Part shown: positions 1-14,062 of the stretch, in pieces | Position numbering within the stretch: position 1 is the stretch's first letter | How the letters are laid out: every line of letters starts with the position of its first letter | Source: Eledone cirrhosa | Taxonomy: Eukaryota | DNA length: 64,000 nt | Direction: 5' to 3' | Assembly: GCA_964016885.1 (NCBI GenBank) | Contig: OZ024740.1 | Location: 10,292,001 to 10,356,000, forward strand | Made by a program: the position numbers and the translations under genes | Notes under the pieces: generated by a model | The model's database searches: none | Seen by the model: only the letters and a program-made list of their open reading frames with translations | What the model was told of the DNA's origin: nothing

Positions 1-1487
1 AGGTATAGTTGATCATTTGTGTAGGTTTGGGTATAATGTGTGAGCTGTGTGTGTGTGTGAGTGTGTGTAGAGGTATAGTTGATCATTTGTGTAGGTTTGG
101 GTATAATGTGTGAGCTGAGTGTGTGTGAGTGTGTGTGTAGAGGTATAGTTGATCATTTGTGTAGGTTTGGGTATAATGTGTGAGCTGTGTGTGTGTGAGT
201 GTGTGTAGAGGTATAGTTGATCATTTGTGTAGGTTTGGGTATAATGTGTGAGCTGTGTGTGTGTGAGTGTGTGTAGAGGTATAGTTGATCATTTGTGTAG
301 GTTTGGGTATAATGTGTGAGCTGAGTGTGTGTGAGTGTGTGTAGAGGTATAGTTGATCATTTGTGTAGGTTTGGGTATAATGTGTGAGCTGTGTGTGTGT
401 GAGTGTGTGTAGAGGTATAGTTGATCATTTGTGTAGGTTTGGGTATAATGTGTGAGCTGAGTGTGTGTGAGTGTGTGTAGAGGTATAGTTGATCATTTGT
501 GTAGGTTTGGGTATAATGTGTGAGCTGTGTGTGTGTGAGTGTGTGTAGAGGTATAGTTGATCATTTGTGTAGGTTTGGGTATAATGTGTGAGCTGTGTGT
601 GTGTGAGTGTGTGTAGAGGTATAGTTGATCATTTGTGTAGGTTTGGGTATAATGTGTGAGCTGTGTGTGTGTGTGAGTGTGTGTAGAGGTATAGTTGATC
701 ATTTGTGTAGGTTTGGGTATAATGTGTGAGCTGTGTGTGTGTGAGTGTGTGTAGAGGTATAGTTGATCATTTGTGTAGGTTTGGGTATAATGTGTGAGCT
801 GTGTGTGTGTGTGAGTGTGTGTAGAGGTATAGTTGATCATTTGTGTAGGTTTGGGTATAATGTGTGAGCTGAGTGTGTGTGAGTGTGTGTAGAGGTATAG
901 TTGATCATTTGTGTAGGTTTGGGTATAATGTGTGAGCTGTGTGTGTGTGTGAGTGTGTGTAGAGGTATAGTTGATCATTTGTGTAGGTTTGGGTATAATG
1001 TGTGAGCTGTGTGTGTGTGAGTGTGTGTAGAGGTATAGTTGATCATTTGTGTAGGTTTGGGTATAATGTGTGAGCTGTGTGTGTGTGAGTGTGTGTAGAG
1101 GTATAGTTGATCATTTGTGTAGGTTTGGGTATAATGTGTGAGCTGAGTGTGTGTGAGTGTGTGTAGAGGTATAGTTGATCATTTGTGTAGGTTTGGGTAT
1201 AATGTGTGAGCTGAGTGTGTGTGAGTGTGTGTAGAGGTATAGTTGATCATTTGTGTAGGTTTGGGTATAATGTGTGAGCTGTGTGTGTGTGAGTGTGTGT
1301 AGAGGTATAGTTGATCATTTGTGTAGGTTTGGGTATAATGTGTGAGCTGTGTGTGTGTGAGTGTGTGTAGAGGTATAGTTGATCATTTGTGTAGGTTTGG
1401 GTATAATGTGTGAGCTGTGTGTGTGTGAGTGTGTGTAGAGGTATAGTTGATCATTTGTGTAGGTTTGGGTATAATGTGTGAGCTGTG
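1..1487. repeat. Minisatellite, 68-70 bp unit with internal (TG)n length variation, about 21-22 copies, runs off the left edge
   Basis: Unit aggtatagttgatcatttgtgtaggtttgggtataatgtgtgagctgtgtgtgtgtgagtgtgtgtag recurs at 1, 71, 141 and onward. Confidence 0.97.
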
Positions 1488-2160
1488 AGAGGTAAATTCT
1501 TTGAGATAGTAGTAGGCAAAGGTGTGTGTTATTTTGATAGAAGTAGGCAGAGGAGATGGGGATAGTGATAAAGATGATGATGATGATGATTGCTTGTTTG
1601 CGGCAGTCTGAAAGGTTGACCGTCTCGTTAAGTAGGTCATCAAGGATTTCACTGACTCTACTATCAGTAAGGATAACTGATGCTGTGCACTATGTCATCA
1701 ATTATGGCTGAACTGAGGAGTGATTGAAGCTGTTGTTGTTGTTGTTGTGTTGGTTGATGTTGTTGTTGGTGCTGTTGTAACGGTTGAACAGTGTTTGAAG
1801 AAAAAAACACATCTTAGTTTATATATGTGGGCGTATGTGAGATGTGTGTGTGTCTCTCTCTCTCTATATATATATCAATATTATATATATATATGTGGTT
1901 GTGGTTGTGGTTGTGTGTGTATGTGTGTGTGTTTGTGTGTCTGATGTAATATAAATACATATATACTATCTAGTGTGGGTAAATATCCCGAGATCCATGG
2001 ACGAGTTCGCTCCAGTGGTCTTTGTCCCTCATCATCGCCGACATGTCCTGCGTCTCCCAGAGACCAGTGTCTGTCCTTAGGGCATCAACATATGTCATCC
2101 TCGGTCTCCCTCTTCCACTGAGTGCAGTGTCAACTCTGAATGTCGGTAGCATGTCCAGCT

Positions 2161-2480
2161 TGTAGCGGTTGTCTCCCTTGTTTGGATTAACATCTAGACG
2201 GGAAGTAGAACCCTTTCTGTAACTTCCGGCAGAGCCCTATAAAACGAATAGCTCTCGGCTCTCTGCCTCTCATTTGCCCTTCCGGCGCCTGGCTTTCGCC
2301 AGGCGTCCTCTGCCAGCCGCGTTTGCCTGGCAATCAAAACGGTAACGACTAACTTTGTTTCATTCTATCATCTATTTCTTTGACATGTCAACTATACTAT
2401 CTACCATTGTTAATTAAATATTATACACACAAACCATGCCTCGTTTTGTTACATTCATGCAACCCAGTATCTTCGCTAAA
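2161..2480 (+). repeat. 5' LTR
   Basis: tgtagcg...cgctaaa with TATAAAA at 2238-2244; near-identical copy at 3778-4097. Confidence 0.92.
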
Positions 2481-2481
2481 T

Positions 2482-2499
2482 TGGTAACCCTGACGTGAT
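2482..2499 (+). promoter_or_regulatory. Primer-binding site complementary to the tRNA-Trp 3' end
   Basis: tggtaaccctgacgtgat matches the canonical tRNA-Trp PBS TGGTGACCCCGACGTGAT at 16/18 and starts 1 nt after the LTR. Confidence 0.85.
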
Positions 2500-3777
2500 A
2501 CGAACACGCAGCCGTTCATCGCTATAAGTGGTCACCCCCAAAAAAAGAAAAAATAGCAGATCTGGTGTTGTGTGAGTAACATTACGAATACACAGCAAAT
2601 TTATCGACAAACTATGAAAATACTCAAAGAAACGGACACACGCACATGTGAAATTTTCGCACAGACAGACATTTTCTCTCACGCATCAACTAACTGTCGC
2701 ATTTCACGATATATATACGTTTCTCGTTTCTTACAACGAACACTTTCAAAACACAAAAAAAAAAAAAAAAAGAAATTTGATATTTTTTAAAAAAACATTT
2801 CAACAGGAACATTTATTTTCGATGAGCCATTGCCTTTTTTTTTTTTTCATCGTTTTCTTCATCGTTCAAGTTTTTTTTCCAAAGTTCACACCAATAATTA
2901 CGCTGAGTGAAGCCTTTCTTTTTCATCATTGTCACTTTCACACTTGCACTATCATTTTCTCGCGCGTTAGAAATATTATTTTTTCAACCTTGTATTGGCA
3001 CGTGTAGGCAGCACAAATTCTCGACTCACAGAGATGTCTCTACTCACAGACAGCCGCACGCCAGAGATAACGTTTCTCGCCAAGGATTCTTCAGCCTTAA
3101 GCTATATTCTCCAATTTGCCGGTTTAAAAATTTACTACGTAAATTTGCCGTTGAAAACTGCGCATTTATTCAGAATGCTTATTTCTTTGGTCGCTGGTCT
3201 CTTGACCCTTCCAGGTCAACGCATTCTCAACATCGACTATCACCTTCGGCTGCTATTTCTAGCACTTTGCGCAACTCATTTTTTCTGAAAATTTTTTTTT
3301 TTTTCCTGTGAATTTAAACACCGAATACGCTCACTCAGCGAGACATCAACGGCAACACAGCTTCACCAACAACCAAAACCAGCAGAACGCCAGAGAATTT
3401 ATTTTTGCAGCACTCTTCCTGTGAGAAAATCCATTCGGAGGCTGGAAATTTCACGATATACCACAGAACAGAAACCACCTGCATTCATTCTCTGGAACAC
3501 TTTCTTTCCTGCTGTCATGTGATTGCACACCTGTGAACTTTATTTTGTACATTTGAACTTTGAGCCCTTCTCTTACTTTATTACATTGTGTCTTTGGGTG
3601 ATGGATAGATGGATGTCCAGTCGTTCTCTGGCCAAGAGCGGTTGGCTACCTTGATATCTATCATTGATTTTTGCAAACATTCTTTTGTCGTGATTTTCAT
3701 GCCTGTTACAACATTCTCGCCAACTTGCTACATATTTTCATTCGATTTTTATATCCTAAAATTCTGGCGGGAGGTTA

Positions 3778-4097
3778 TGTAGCGGTTGTCTCCCTTGTTT
3801 GGATTAACATCTAGACGGAAAGTAGAACCCTTTCTGTAACTTCCGGCAGAGCCCTATAAAACGAATAGCTCTCGGCTCTCTGCCTCTCATTTGCCCTTCC
3901 GGCGCCTGGCTTTCGCCAGGCGTCCTCTGCCAGCCGCGTTTGCCTGGCAATCAAAACGGTAACGACTAACTTTGTTTCATTCTATCATCTATTTCTTTGA
4001 CATGTCAACTATACTATCTACCATTGTTAATTAAATATTATACACACAAACCATGCCTCGTTTTGTTACATTCATACAACCCAGTATCTTCGCTAAA
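3778..4097 (+). repeat. 3' LTR
   Basis: Copy of 2161-2480, followed by TSD agct. Confidence 0.92.
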
Positions 4098-4915
4098 AGC
4101 TAACCTAGTCTGTCCATGTAGGGTCTCCCACAGGAGCACTGAGTGCAGTGTCAACTCTGAATGTCGGTAGCATGTCCAGCTAACCTAGTCTGTCCATGTA
4201 GGGTCTCCCACAGGAGCACTGAGTGCAGTGTCAACTCTGAATGTCGGTAGCATGTCCAGCTAACCTAGTCTGTCCATTTAGGGGCTCCCACAGGAGCACT
4301 GAGTGCAGTGTCAACTCTGGATGTCGGTAGCATGTCTAGCTAACCTAGTCTGTCCATGTAGGGGCTCCCACAGGAGCACTGAGTGCAGTGTCAACTCTGG
4401 ATGTCGGTAGCATGTCTAGCTAACCTAGTCTGTCCATGTAGGGGCTCCCACAGGAGCACTGAGTGCAGTGTCAACTCTGGATGTCGGTAGCATGTCTAGC
4501 TAACCTAGTCTGTCCATGTAGGGGCTCCCACAGGAGCACTGAGTGCAGTGTCAACTCTGGATGTCGGTAGCATGTCCAGCTAACCTAGTCTGTCCGTGTA
4601 GGGGCTCCCACAGGAGCACTGGGTGCAGTGTCAACTCTGGATATCGGCGGTAGCATGTCCAGCTAACGTAGTCTGTCCATGTAGGGGCTCCCACAGGAGC
4701 ATTGAGTGCAGTGTCAACTCTGAATGTCGGTAGCATGTCCAGCTAACCTAGTGTGTCCATGTAGGGGCTCCCACAGGAGCACTGGGTGCATTGTCAACTC
4801 TGGATGTCGGTAGCATGTCCAGATAACCTCAGTCTCCTCCATGTAGGGTCTCCCACAGGAGCACTGAGTGCAGTGTCAACTCTGTCGGTAGCATGCCCAG
4901 CTAACCTCAGTCTCC
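4098..4915. repeat. 80-bp tandem repeat (about 10 copies) derived from LINE ORF2 sequence
   Basis: gagtgcagtgtcaactctg...caggagcact at 4141, 4221, 4301, 4381, 4461, 4541 and onward; a partial unit continues left of the LTR at about 2116-2160. Confidence 0.95.
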
Positions 4916-4969
4916 TCTGTGTTACTTTGGAGCTGACTTTTGGGAAGCTCCTGTACAGCTCTGTTAAAG

Positions 4970-5191
4970 GTGACCTTCAGTGGAAACCTAAAGCTGACAA
5001 TCATCTCAGCCTATATTCAAACCGAGGGAGATAGTGATGTGAGTGCAGAGGAGTTCCCTGAGGAAATGTGTAGAGCAGTCAACACTACATGAGCTCATAC
5101 AATCCTGCTTGTTCTGGGGGACTTCAATGCACATCTGAGTAAGGAGAGCAGTGAAGATCCTTGCTGGTACTTCCATAATAACACCACCAAC
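4970..5191 (+). pseudogene. LINE APE-endonuclease fragment, inverted relative to the adjacent RT C-terminal piece
   Basis: My translation: VTFSGNLKLTIISAYIQTEG...AEEF...*AHTILLVLGDFNAHLSK...YFHNNTTN, with the AY and GDFNAH APE motifs and one stop. Confidence 0.82.
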
Positions 5192-5690
5192 CTTTGATTT
5201 GTTAATGTTTGGCCTAACATTAGTATTACGTCTAAGAGGAAATTTAGACAGGATGTCAATGTATTGGTCGAGATAGATATTTCTTCCTTTTAGAGTAAAA
5301 TTTGATTTGTTCTTTACTAGTGATTCATCACTCTCATTACTTTTATCAGCGAAGAATTCTACAAGACGTAATTTTCGACAGAATTCTTGGGTATCCTCCT
5401 TCAGTTCTTGGTGGTTGACTGTTGGAGTCGGTGTGAATTTCAGTCCTTTTGACAGAATTTGCATTTCATCATTGTCAAGATCTCTTTTGGATAAATTAAT
5501 TATTTTAGGATCTACGTGTACAGTTGTTTTGGGTATGTTTCCTTCCTTTTTCCGGTTTTTGTTGTCCTGACGTTAAAAAATGGATTTTTCTCTGTTCAGG
5601 ATTTATATTCCTGTTGGTGTTTGCTTGATGAACTATTTGATGTCCTATTTTTGGTATTATGTATATTATTTTTCCATTTCTTGTTGGCAT
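5192..5690 (-). mobile_element. Penelope-like element N-terminal RT region (inverted piece)
   Basis: ILSKGLKFTPTP...EFCRKLRLVEFF...KSNF is a typical PLE pre-RT motif. Confidence 0.8.
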
Positions 5691-7916
<2,226 letters not shown>

Positions 7917-7920
<4 letters not shown>

Positions 7921-10575
7921 AAAAATTGAACAGGAACAAAACAGAGAGGCAGTACGAACAAAGGTTTATTAGTTTCGCGCTCTTGAGAGTGGGGTGGTGG
8001 TGGGGAACGACGTTTCGGGCATAAGCCCTTCTTCAGGTGAAAAGTGTGTGGGAAGAGAGTTCCAAGGGTGTGTAGGGGAGTGGTGGAGAGACATATAGAA
8101 AAAAGGGGGTGAGAGGAAACGGTACAAATGAAATTAAATATAAAAGCATGATAAAAATAAAAATACACATGAAGTAAAACAGGTGGTGGAAGGGTGTGGG
8201 GCGTGTAGGGCTGGTGGCGGGTGGAGTGGGGAGAGGGAGACGGGGTGTCCGAGCGGGGAGGGCTGAAGGTGGTGTGTGTGGGGTGGGGTGTAGGTCGGAG
8301 TGTGTGTGCGTGTGTGGATAGAGGGGTGGGGTGTAGGTCGGAGTGTGTGTGCGTGTGTGGATAGAGGGGTGGGGGAGAGGATTCCGGAGGCTGAATGTGT
8401 AAATATGTGGTGGTACGCACGTGTGTGTGTGGTGTTTATGCGTGTTGTGGGTGTAGGTGGCGTGTGGGGAAAAAAATTTTTGGGGGTGTATGTCCGTGGG
8501 TGAGTCCTTAAGGTAATTCCGTAGACGATGTGGTGGAATGCTGAGTAATATCCTTGGGATGTGGTGGATTCTAGGGATCAAGGTTCACATATGTGTAATC
8601 CGTGAAGAGATTGGTCGGAAGAGGGGAGATGTGGGGTGAGCGCGCAGCAGGAAGTGGTCAGTGGGTCAAGTCAGGAGGAGGGTTGTGTGTCTGTGTGTGC
8701 GGGGAGGTGGTCAGAGAGGCATAGCAGCAGTAGGGTAGAATGGTAAGTGAAGAAAGTCGGTGTGTCAGTGTGTGCAGAGGAGCAGTGGACAGGGGAGAGG
8801 ATGGGTAGGTGTGAAAGTTGGAGTGTGGAGAGGGGGGGGGTGTATTAGTAGAGGTGTTAGTGGGATGTGTGTATGTTTGAGAAAGGGTGTGGGTGGAGCG
8901 GGGAGAGAAGGGTGTGGGGGACGATGGAGGGAGTGTAGCGTACTGGTGTGTGTGTGCGTGTTTGGATGAGTGTGTGTGTGGTGAAAGGGGTGTTAGTGGG
9001 TGTTAGTATACTGGAGGTGGAGAAAGGGTTGAATGTGGGCGTGAGTGGGGGTCAGTCGTGGTAGGGTGTGTAGAGTGGGTGGTGTAAGAGGGTGTGTGTG
9101 TTCGTGTGCGTAGGGTTGGGGGTGTTAGTGATGTTAGTTGCGGGGTGGTGGGGTGGATGTGTGGGGGTGAGGGTTAGTGGTGGTAGTAGGGTGTGTTTAG
9201 TGTGAGCGCGTGTATATATGTACCGGTGGGTGTGCGCGTGTGATAAGGAGTGGGGAGAAGAAGGGAGTGATGTTAGTATGTTAGTTGGGGAAGGGTGGTC
9301 GGGTGTGGGGTGGAGGTGTTAGTATTGTTAGTTGTGGGGTGGGCGGTGAAAAGGAGGGGTGTGTTAGTGGTGTTAGTGGGGGATATGTGTGGGGGGAGGG
9401 GGCGGTCGAAGGCTAAAGGAATAAGGGTGGGGAGTTCAGGCCGAGGGTAGTGTGGGTCTGTAGGGTGAAGATGGTTGGTTGTTCGACCCTGGGGAGAGTG
9501 GCGGGTGTTCCGTGGCATTGGAGTAGGCCACAGATTGTGAGGTGGCGTGCGGAATGTCCAGGGGCACCAAAGTGGCGGGCGATGGGGGAACTACCACCGA
9601 GACGAATATCTCGGAGGTGTTCAGTAAACCTGTCCGCCAGGCGACGTCCAGTCTGTCCGACGTAAGTGCAGCGAAGTCCGTAGACTAGGTTGGAGGAGGT
9701 GCAACGGAAGGTATGCCGGACAGAGAGGGAGTGGCTGTTGGGACCCTGGAAGGTGGTGGTGTTGGTGATGTGGGGACAGGTGTTGCAGCGGGGTCTGGAA
9801 CAGGGAAGGGAACCGGGGGGAGGAGAGCGTGGGTAGGGGGGTAGGGAGCTGTGGACGAGGAGGGTGCGGAGATTGCGTGCGCGTTTGAAGGAGGGGAGTG
9901 GTGGGGCTGGGAAGATGTGGGAGGTGGAGGGGTCGGACTGGAGGCGTCGGAAGAGGCGGAGGATGGTGCGGTGGAGGGGTATGATGGAGGGGTGTTAGGT
10001 GATGGGGAAGGGGAGACGGTGGGTGGGTGTGCAGTGGCGTGAGGTGAGGGTGGTGGAGCGGTGGACAGCACGGGCGCGGGTGAGAGCGGTGTGGACGAGA
10101 GAGGGGGGTAACCTCTGCGGATGAAATGGCTGACTAGGGAAAGGGCCTGGGACTCAAAGTCAGCATCTCGGCTACAGAGGCGGCGGATCCTGAGGAGTTG
10201 GGAGTAGGGAATAGAGTGTTTAGTGTGTGTGGGTTGGGAAGAGGTGAAGTCGAGGTAGGAGTGGGAGTCGGTGGGTTTGAAGAAGGCGGAGGTGACGAGG
10301 GGGTGGTCGGAGGGGTCGAAGGCGACGGAGATGTCTAAGAAGTGGACGTGGGTGGTGGAGATAGAGGTGGTGAGGTGGAAGGAGCAGAAGAAGGAGAGAA
10401 AAGAGTCGAGCTGTTCTCGGGTGAGGGTCGTGGCTCCGATACAGTCGTCGATGTAACGACCGTACAGTTCGGGTGTGGGGCCGGTGTACTGGGCAAAGAT
10501 TTGGGCCTCAACATGGCCAACAAAAAGGTTGGCATAGTTTGGGCCCATTCTTGTACCCATGGCTACCCCCGTGAC

Positions 10576-10577
<2 letters not shown>
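7917..10577 (-). mobile_element. Penelope-like element (Neptune-type), 5'-truncated, inserted in (TA)n
   Basis: MGTRMGPNYANLFVG...YGRYIDDC...FLDI...FFKPTDSHSYLDFTS...SIPYSQLLRIRRLCS (ORF 9685-10560). GIY-YIG part YVGQTGRRLADRFTEHLRDI at about 9600-9670. Low-complexity 3' region; TA runs on both sides. Confidence 0.92.
8004..8041 (-). ncRNA. Minimal hammerhead ribozyme candidate at the PLE 3' end
   Basis: Minus strand cac-CTGAAGA-a-gggc(ttat)gccc-GAAA-cGTC-gtt has the core, 4-bp stem II and GUC site; stem I is weak. Confidence 0.75.
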
Positions 10578-10627
<50 letters not shown>

Positions 10628-10629
10628 GC

Positions 10630-12215
10630 ATATCTATTTGTTTACCTTTTGTTCTATGGTACGAATGGACAGACAGAACAAAATTGCTATGGCAACATCC
10701 ATGGATGAAGTGTATGACAAAATTAGTCACTGTTCCAAAATAGAAAATTACCTGGAAAATCACGTTAGCCATCTATGTACAGAACCCGAAGATTCTTTCC
10801 GAAATCGATGGGTTGAATGTGGTAAATGCTGAGTTTCTGTCTGCCTCCAGTGTGCCACAAACTTCCGAAAGATCCCAGGTATAAAAAAGGGACACCATAC
10901 TCTATGATGGATGTACTCTGGGAAATGATCCAGCTACTAAATTGGTCCTTTCAGTGCTTGGCCTGTGTATCGTCAACCATTGCTGTTGAACAACAACAAC
11001 CAAAGCCACCGAACATGTTTTCCTCTACCATTGCTGTTGAACAAGAGCAAAATCCGACGACCGTGTCTTCCCCTGCCATTTCTGTTGAAGAACATCAACA
11101 ACAACAAAAACAACGACAAAATCCAATCGTGTCTTCCTCTCCCGTTACTTTTCAACCACAAAAACAAATAAAATCGACCAACAATACGGAAGTTGGTGGA
11201 AATTCTACAAATAATTTTGCTTTAAGCCGAGAAATAGCAGAAATCAAAACAAGCGTTCGTGTATAACCTCACAATAAGGGATCTTATCGGAGTTGCCTTG
11301 CTAAAAAAAAAAGCCCGTAGCTCTTGTCGAATATAGATGCATTGAGAAAGCTACTGAATCTGGCACCACGAAGTATTTGCCATTGGTGTATCAGAAGACA
11401 TAACTTATCTTCAGGCAATTGCTGGCAACTAGTCCAAGGACCTAGACTGTGTTCCTCCAAAAATTGCTCTCCGCCTTGGTCGACCAGGTTCCAAACCCAA
11501 ACCAAGCTGTCATTTTGAAGCTCTACCGAGACACCTGTATAACATTTAGCGTCTGACAAGGCTAGTCGTGAACATTGAATTACCTTTCGAACATGCCCTG
11601 GCCTACCACATGATATACGTCCAAAGCTACGCGCTATAGTTTCCTTAAATCGCAACTCAGCGGCACGTGAAAGTTTTAGCCAACGCCACGATGGGCTGAT
11701 ATGGAAATTTATTAAGTCTGGTGAGACATGGAAATGGATACCAGCTGGTCTGAGCACACTGTACCACAATAGCTTGCAATGAAAAAGCTGTAGGAAACTA
11801 AACAACAACAACCTGCCATCCCCTACACATCATCACAAACTGAAACCCAGATACAAATTGTTGTCCTTAAATGCTCGTAGTTTATGCAACAAGATACATC
11901 TTTTTGATTCTTACATCAAAAGTATCGACCCCGATATCATTAGATTCACAGAAACATGGGCCCTTTCCTTACTCTGTGATGGGGTGTTTGTTTAGCATAG
12001 CTGGCTACAACTTGTTTCGCAAAGACTGCATTAATCGTTGTGGTGGTGGTGTGATGGTTTATGTTTGTTCAAACTTTTCAGTAATTCCTTGCGATAATTT
12101 GAACCAATCACAAGTATTTTTCTGGGATATACGTATGACCATGCCAACACTTCTACTTGGAGTTGCTTACCCCCCCCCCCCCCCCAAAAAAAAATTACCA
12201 TCAGCACACACATCT
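10630..12215 (+). mobile_element. CR1/L2-group LINE 5' fragment: decayed ORF1 plus start of the ORF2 APE endonuclease
   Basis: ORF1-like WVECGKC*VSVCLQC (PHD-like) and RLGRPGSKP. ORF2 start LLSLNARSLCNK...DII..TETW...IAGYNLFRKD...GGGVMVYV...GVAYPPP at about 11850-12180. Multiple frameshifts. Confidence 0.78.
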
Positions 12216-12292
12216 TTTTTGAAAGAAAAGGGCCGCAACCCTTTGCTGCATGTTGTCCGACGCTCTATCGATACTACAACCCCTCGGCCCTA
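12215..12292 (-). mobile_element. Short head fragment of the tRNA-derived SINE family
   Basis: gcatgttgtccgacgctctatcgatactacaa resembles the SINE head and satellite monomer gcatggtgtccgaccctctaccgatactgccaa. Confidence 0.55.
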
Positions 12293-12327
12293 ATTCAGAT
12301 ATTAATAATGACATATAATAATTTTTA

Positions 12328-12398
12328 TGCAGGGGTTTCATGAGACATGAAAACTATTTCAAGGGTTTCAAAGAGGTAAAAAGGTTGAGAAACGCTGA
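12328..12398. mobile_element. Isolated hAT/Charlie-type terminal fragment
   Basis: Ends in aaaaaggttgagaaacgctg, a Charlie-like TIR end; no partner end found. Confidence 0.45.
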
Positions 12399-12705
12399 TC
12401 AAGAGGGTCAGTAGTTTTGTGTAGTGTTAAGCGACTGAGAGTACAAGACAACCTCCTTAGACAAGACGGTAATTCTTCGTAAGATGAACCCCCATCAGTT
12501 GTCACTGGTATTAATTTTCCAGCTGAGTAAACTAGAACAACGTGAAATAAAATGCCCCGCTCAAGGATGCAATACATAGTGTAGTCCGGAGATTGAAACC
12601 ACGACTTTCCGATCGCGAGCTCAGCCAACACGAGTTCAGGCAACAACATAAATAAAGCAATGGGAGGGCCATAACTGAAACAACTTTGTTAATCAGGGTT
12701 TCTGA

Positions 12706-13581
12706 TATCTGCAGTCTATAAGAAACGTGTTCCAGTCATTCGACCAAACGTCTAACCTAAGATCTGAAGTCTATAAGAGACGTGTTCCAGTCTTTCGACC
12801 AAACGTCTAACCTAAGATCTGGAGTCTATAAGAAACGTGTTCCAGTCATTCGACCAAACGTCTAACCTAAGATCTGGAGTCTATAAGAAACGTGTTCCAG
12901 TCTTTCGACCAAACGTCTAACCTAAGATCTGGAGTCTATAAGAAACGTGTTCCAGTCATTCGACCAAACGTCTAACCTAAGATCTGAAGTCTATAAGAGA
13001 CGTGTTCCAGTCTTTCGACCAAACGTCTAACCTAAGATCTGGAGTCTATAAGAGACGTGTTCCAGTCATTCGACCAAACGTCTAACCTAAGATCTGGAGT
13101 CTATAAGAAACGTGTTCCAGTCATTCGACCAAACGTCTAACCTAAGATCTGGAGTCTATAAGAGACGTGTTCCAGTCTTTCGACCAAACGTCTAACCTAA
13201 GATCTGAAGTCTATAAGAAACGTGTTCCAGTATTTCGACCAAACATCTAACCTAAGATCTGAAGTCTATAAGAAACGTGTTCCAGTCTTTCGACCAAACG
13301 TCTAACCTAAGATCTGAAGTCTATAAGAAACGTGTTCCAGTATTTCGACCAAACGTCTAACCTAAGATCTGAAGTCTATAAGAAACGTGTTCCAGTCTTT
13401 CGGCCAAGTCTCTAACCTAAGATCTGAAGTCTATAAGAAACGTGTTCCAGTATTTCGACCAAACGTCTAACCTAAGATCTGAAGTCTATAAGAAACGTGT
13501 CCCAGTCTTTCGACCAAACATCTAACATAAGATCTGGAGTCTATTAGAAACGTGTTCCAGTCATTCGACCAAACGTCTAAC
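12706..13581. repeat. 55-bp minisatellite, about 16 copies
   Basis: gtctataagaaacgtgttccagtcattcgaccaaacgtctaacctaagatctg(a/g)a at 12714, 12769 and onward. Confidence 0.97.
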
Positions 13582-13844
13582 TCCTGAAATAATGTGTAGG
13601 TGGTTGAATGTTCCACAGACATATGTGTTCTTAACTTAATTCTCAGGGAGATTCAGTATTACACAGTGTTTGATAAGGTTGGATTTGGGGATTATAGGAA
13701 CAGTTCATCAGATGACTTCCAAACAGATTCTGCCTCCAATTTCAAAGTAGATACCCAACATACCACGGCCAACTTATGTCCACTTCATTCACAAAAACAA
13801 AAAAAAACAAAAAGCAATCAACCATCAGGGACACTGAAATTGCG

Positions 13845-14062
13845 GTTAGGGTAGGGTTAGGATAGAATTAGGGTAGGGTTAGGGTTAGGGTAGGGTTAGG
13901 GTTTGGGTAGGGTTAGGGTTAGGGTAGTGTTAGGGTTAGCGTATGGTTAGAATAGGATTAGGCTAGGGTTAGGGTTAGGGTAGGGTTAGGGTTAGGGTTA
14001 GGATAGGGTTAGGGTTAGGGTTAGGGTTAGGGTTAGGGTTAGAATTAGATTGGGCTAGGGTT
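13845..14062 (+). repeat. Interstitial telomere-like (TTAGGG/TAGGG)n tract, degenerate
   Basis: Direct reading: ggttagggtagggttagg... Confidence 0.9.

Larger units (their letters stand above)
2161..4097 (+). mobile_element. Non-autonomous LTR retrotransposon (Gypsy-like ends), about 1.94 kb
   Basis: Direct repeats 2161-2480 and 3778-4097 (320 bp, two differences seen by eye). 4-bp TSD AGCT at 2157-2160 and 4098-4101. PBS at 2482-2499. Purine-rich ggcgggagg before the 3' LTR. No gag/pol motifs internally. Confidence 0.92.
1970..4965 (-). mobile_element. RTE/RTEX-like LINE, C-terminal ORF2 remnant, interrupted by an LTR element and an internal 80-bp tandem expansion
   Basis: Minus-strand pieces TELYRSFPKVSSKVTQRRLRLAGH (about 4895-4965), PELTLHPVLLWEPLHG and GRGRPRMTYVDALRTDTGL...MMRDKDHW (1970-2152) follow the typical post-RT C-terminus of RTE-group LINEs. 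Clade assignment is from motif recall. Confidence 0.75.

Noticed and set aside
2476-3311. Short ORFs inside the LTR element as gag
   Set aside because: They are dominated by poly-A and poly-T runs, with no zinc knuckle or capsid-like motif.
12706-13581. CRISPR-like array (also considered for the 45, 80 and 69-bp repeats)
   Set aside because: Units are head-to-tail with no unique spacers, there are no cas genes, and the context is eukaryotic.
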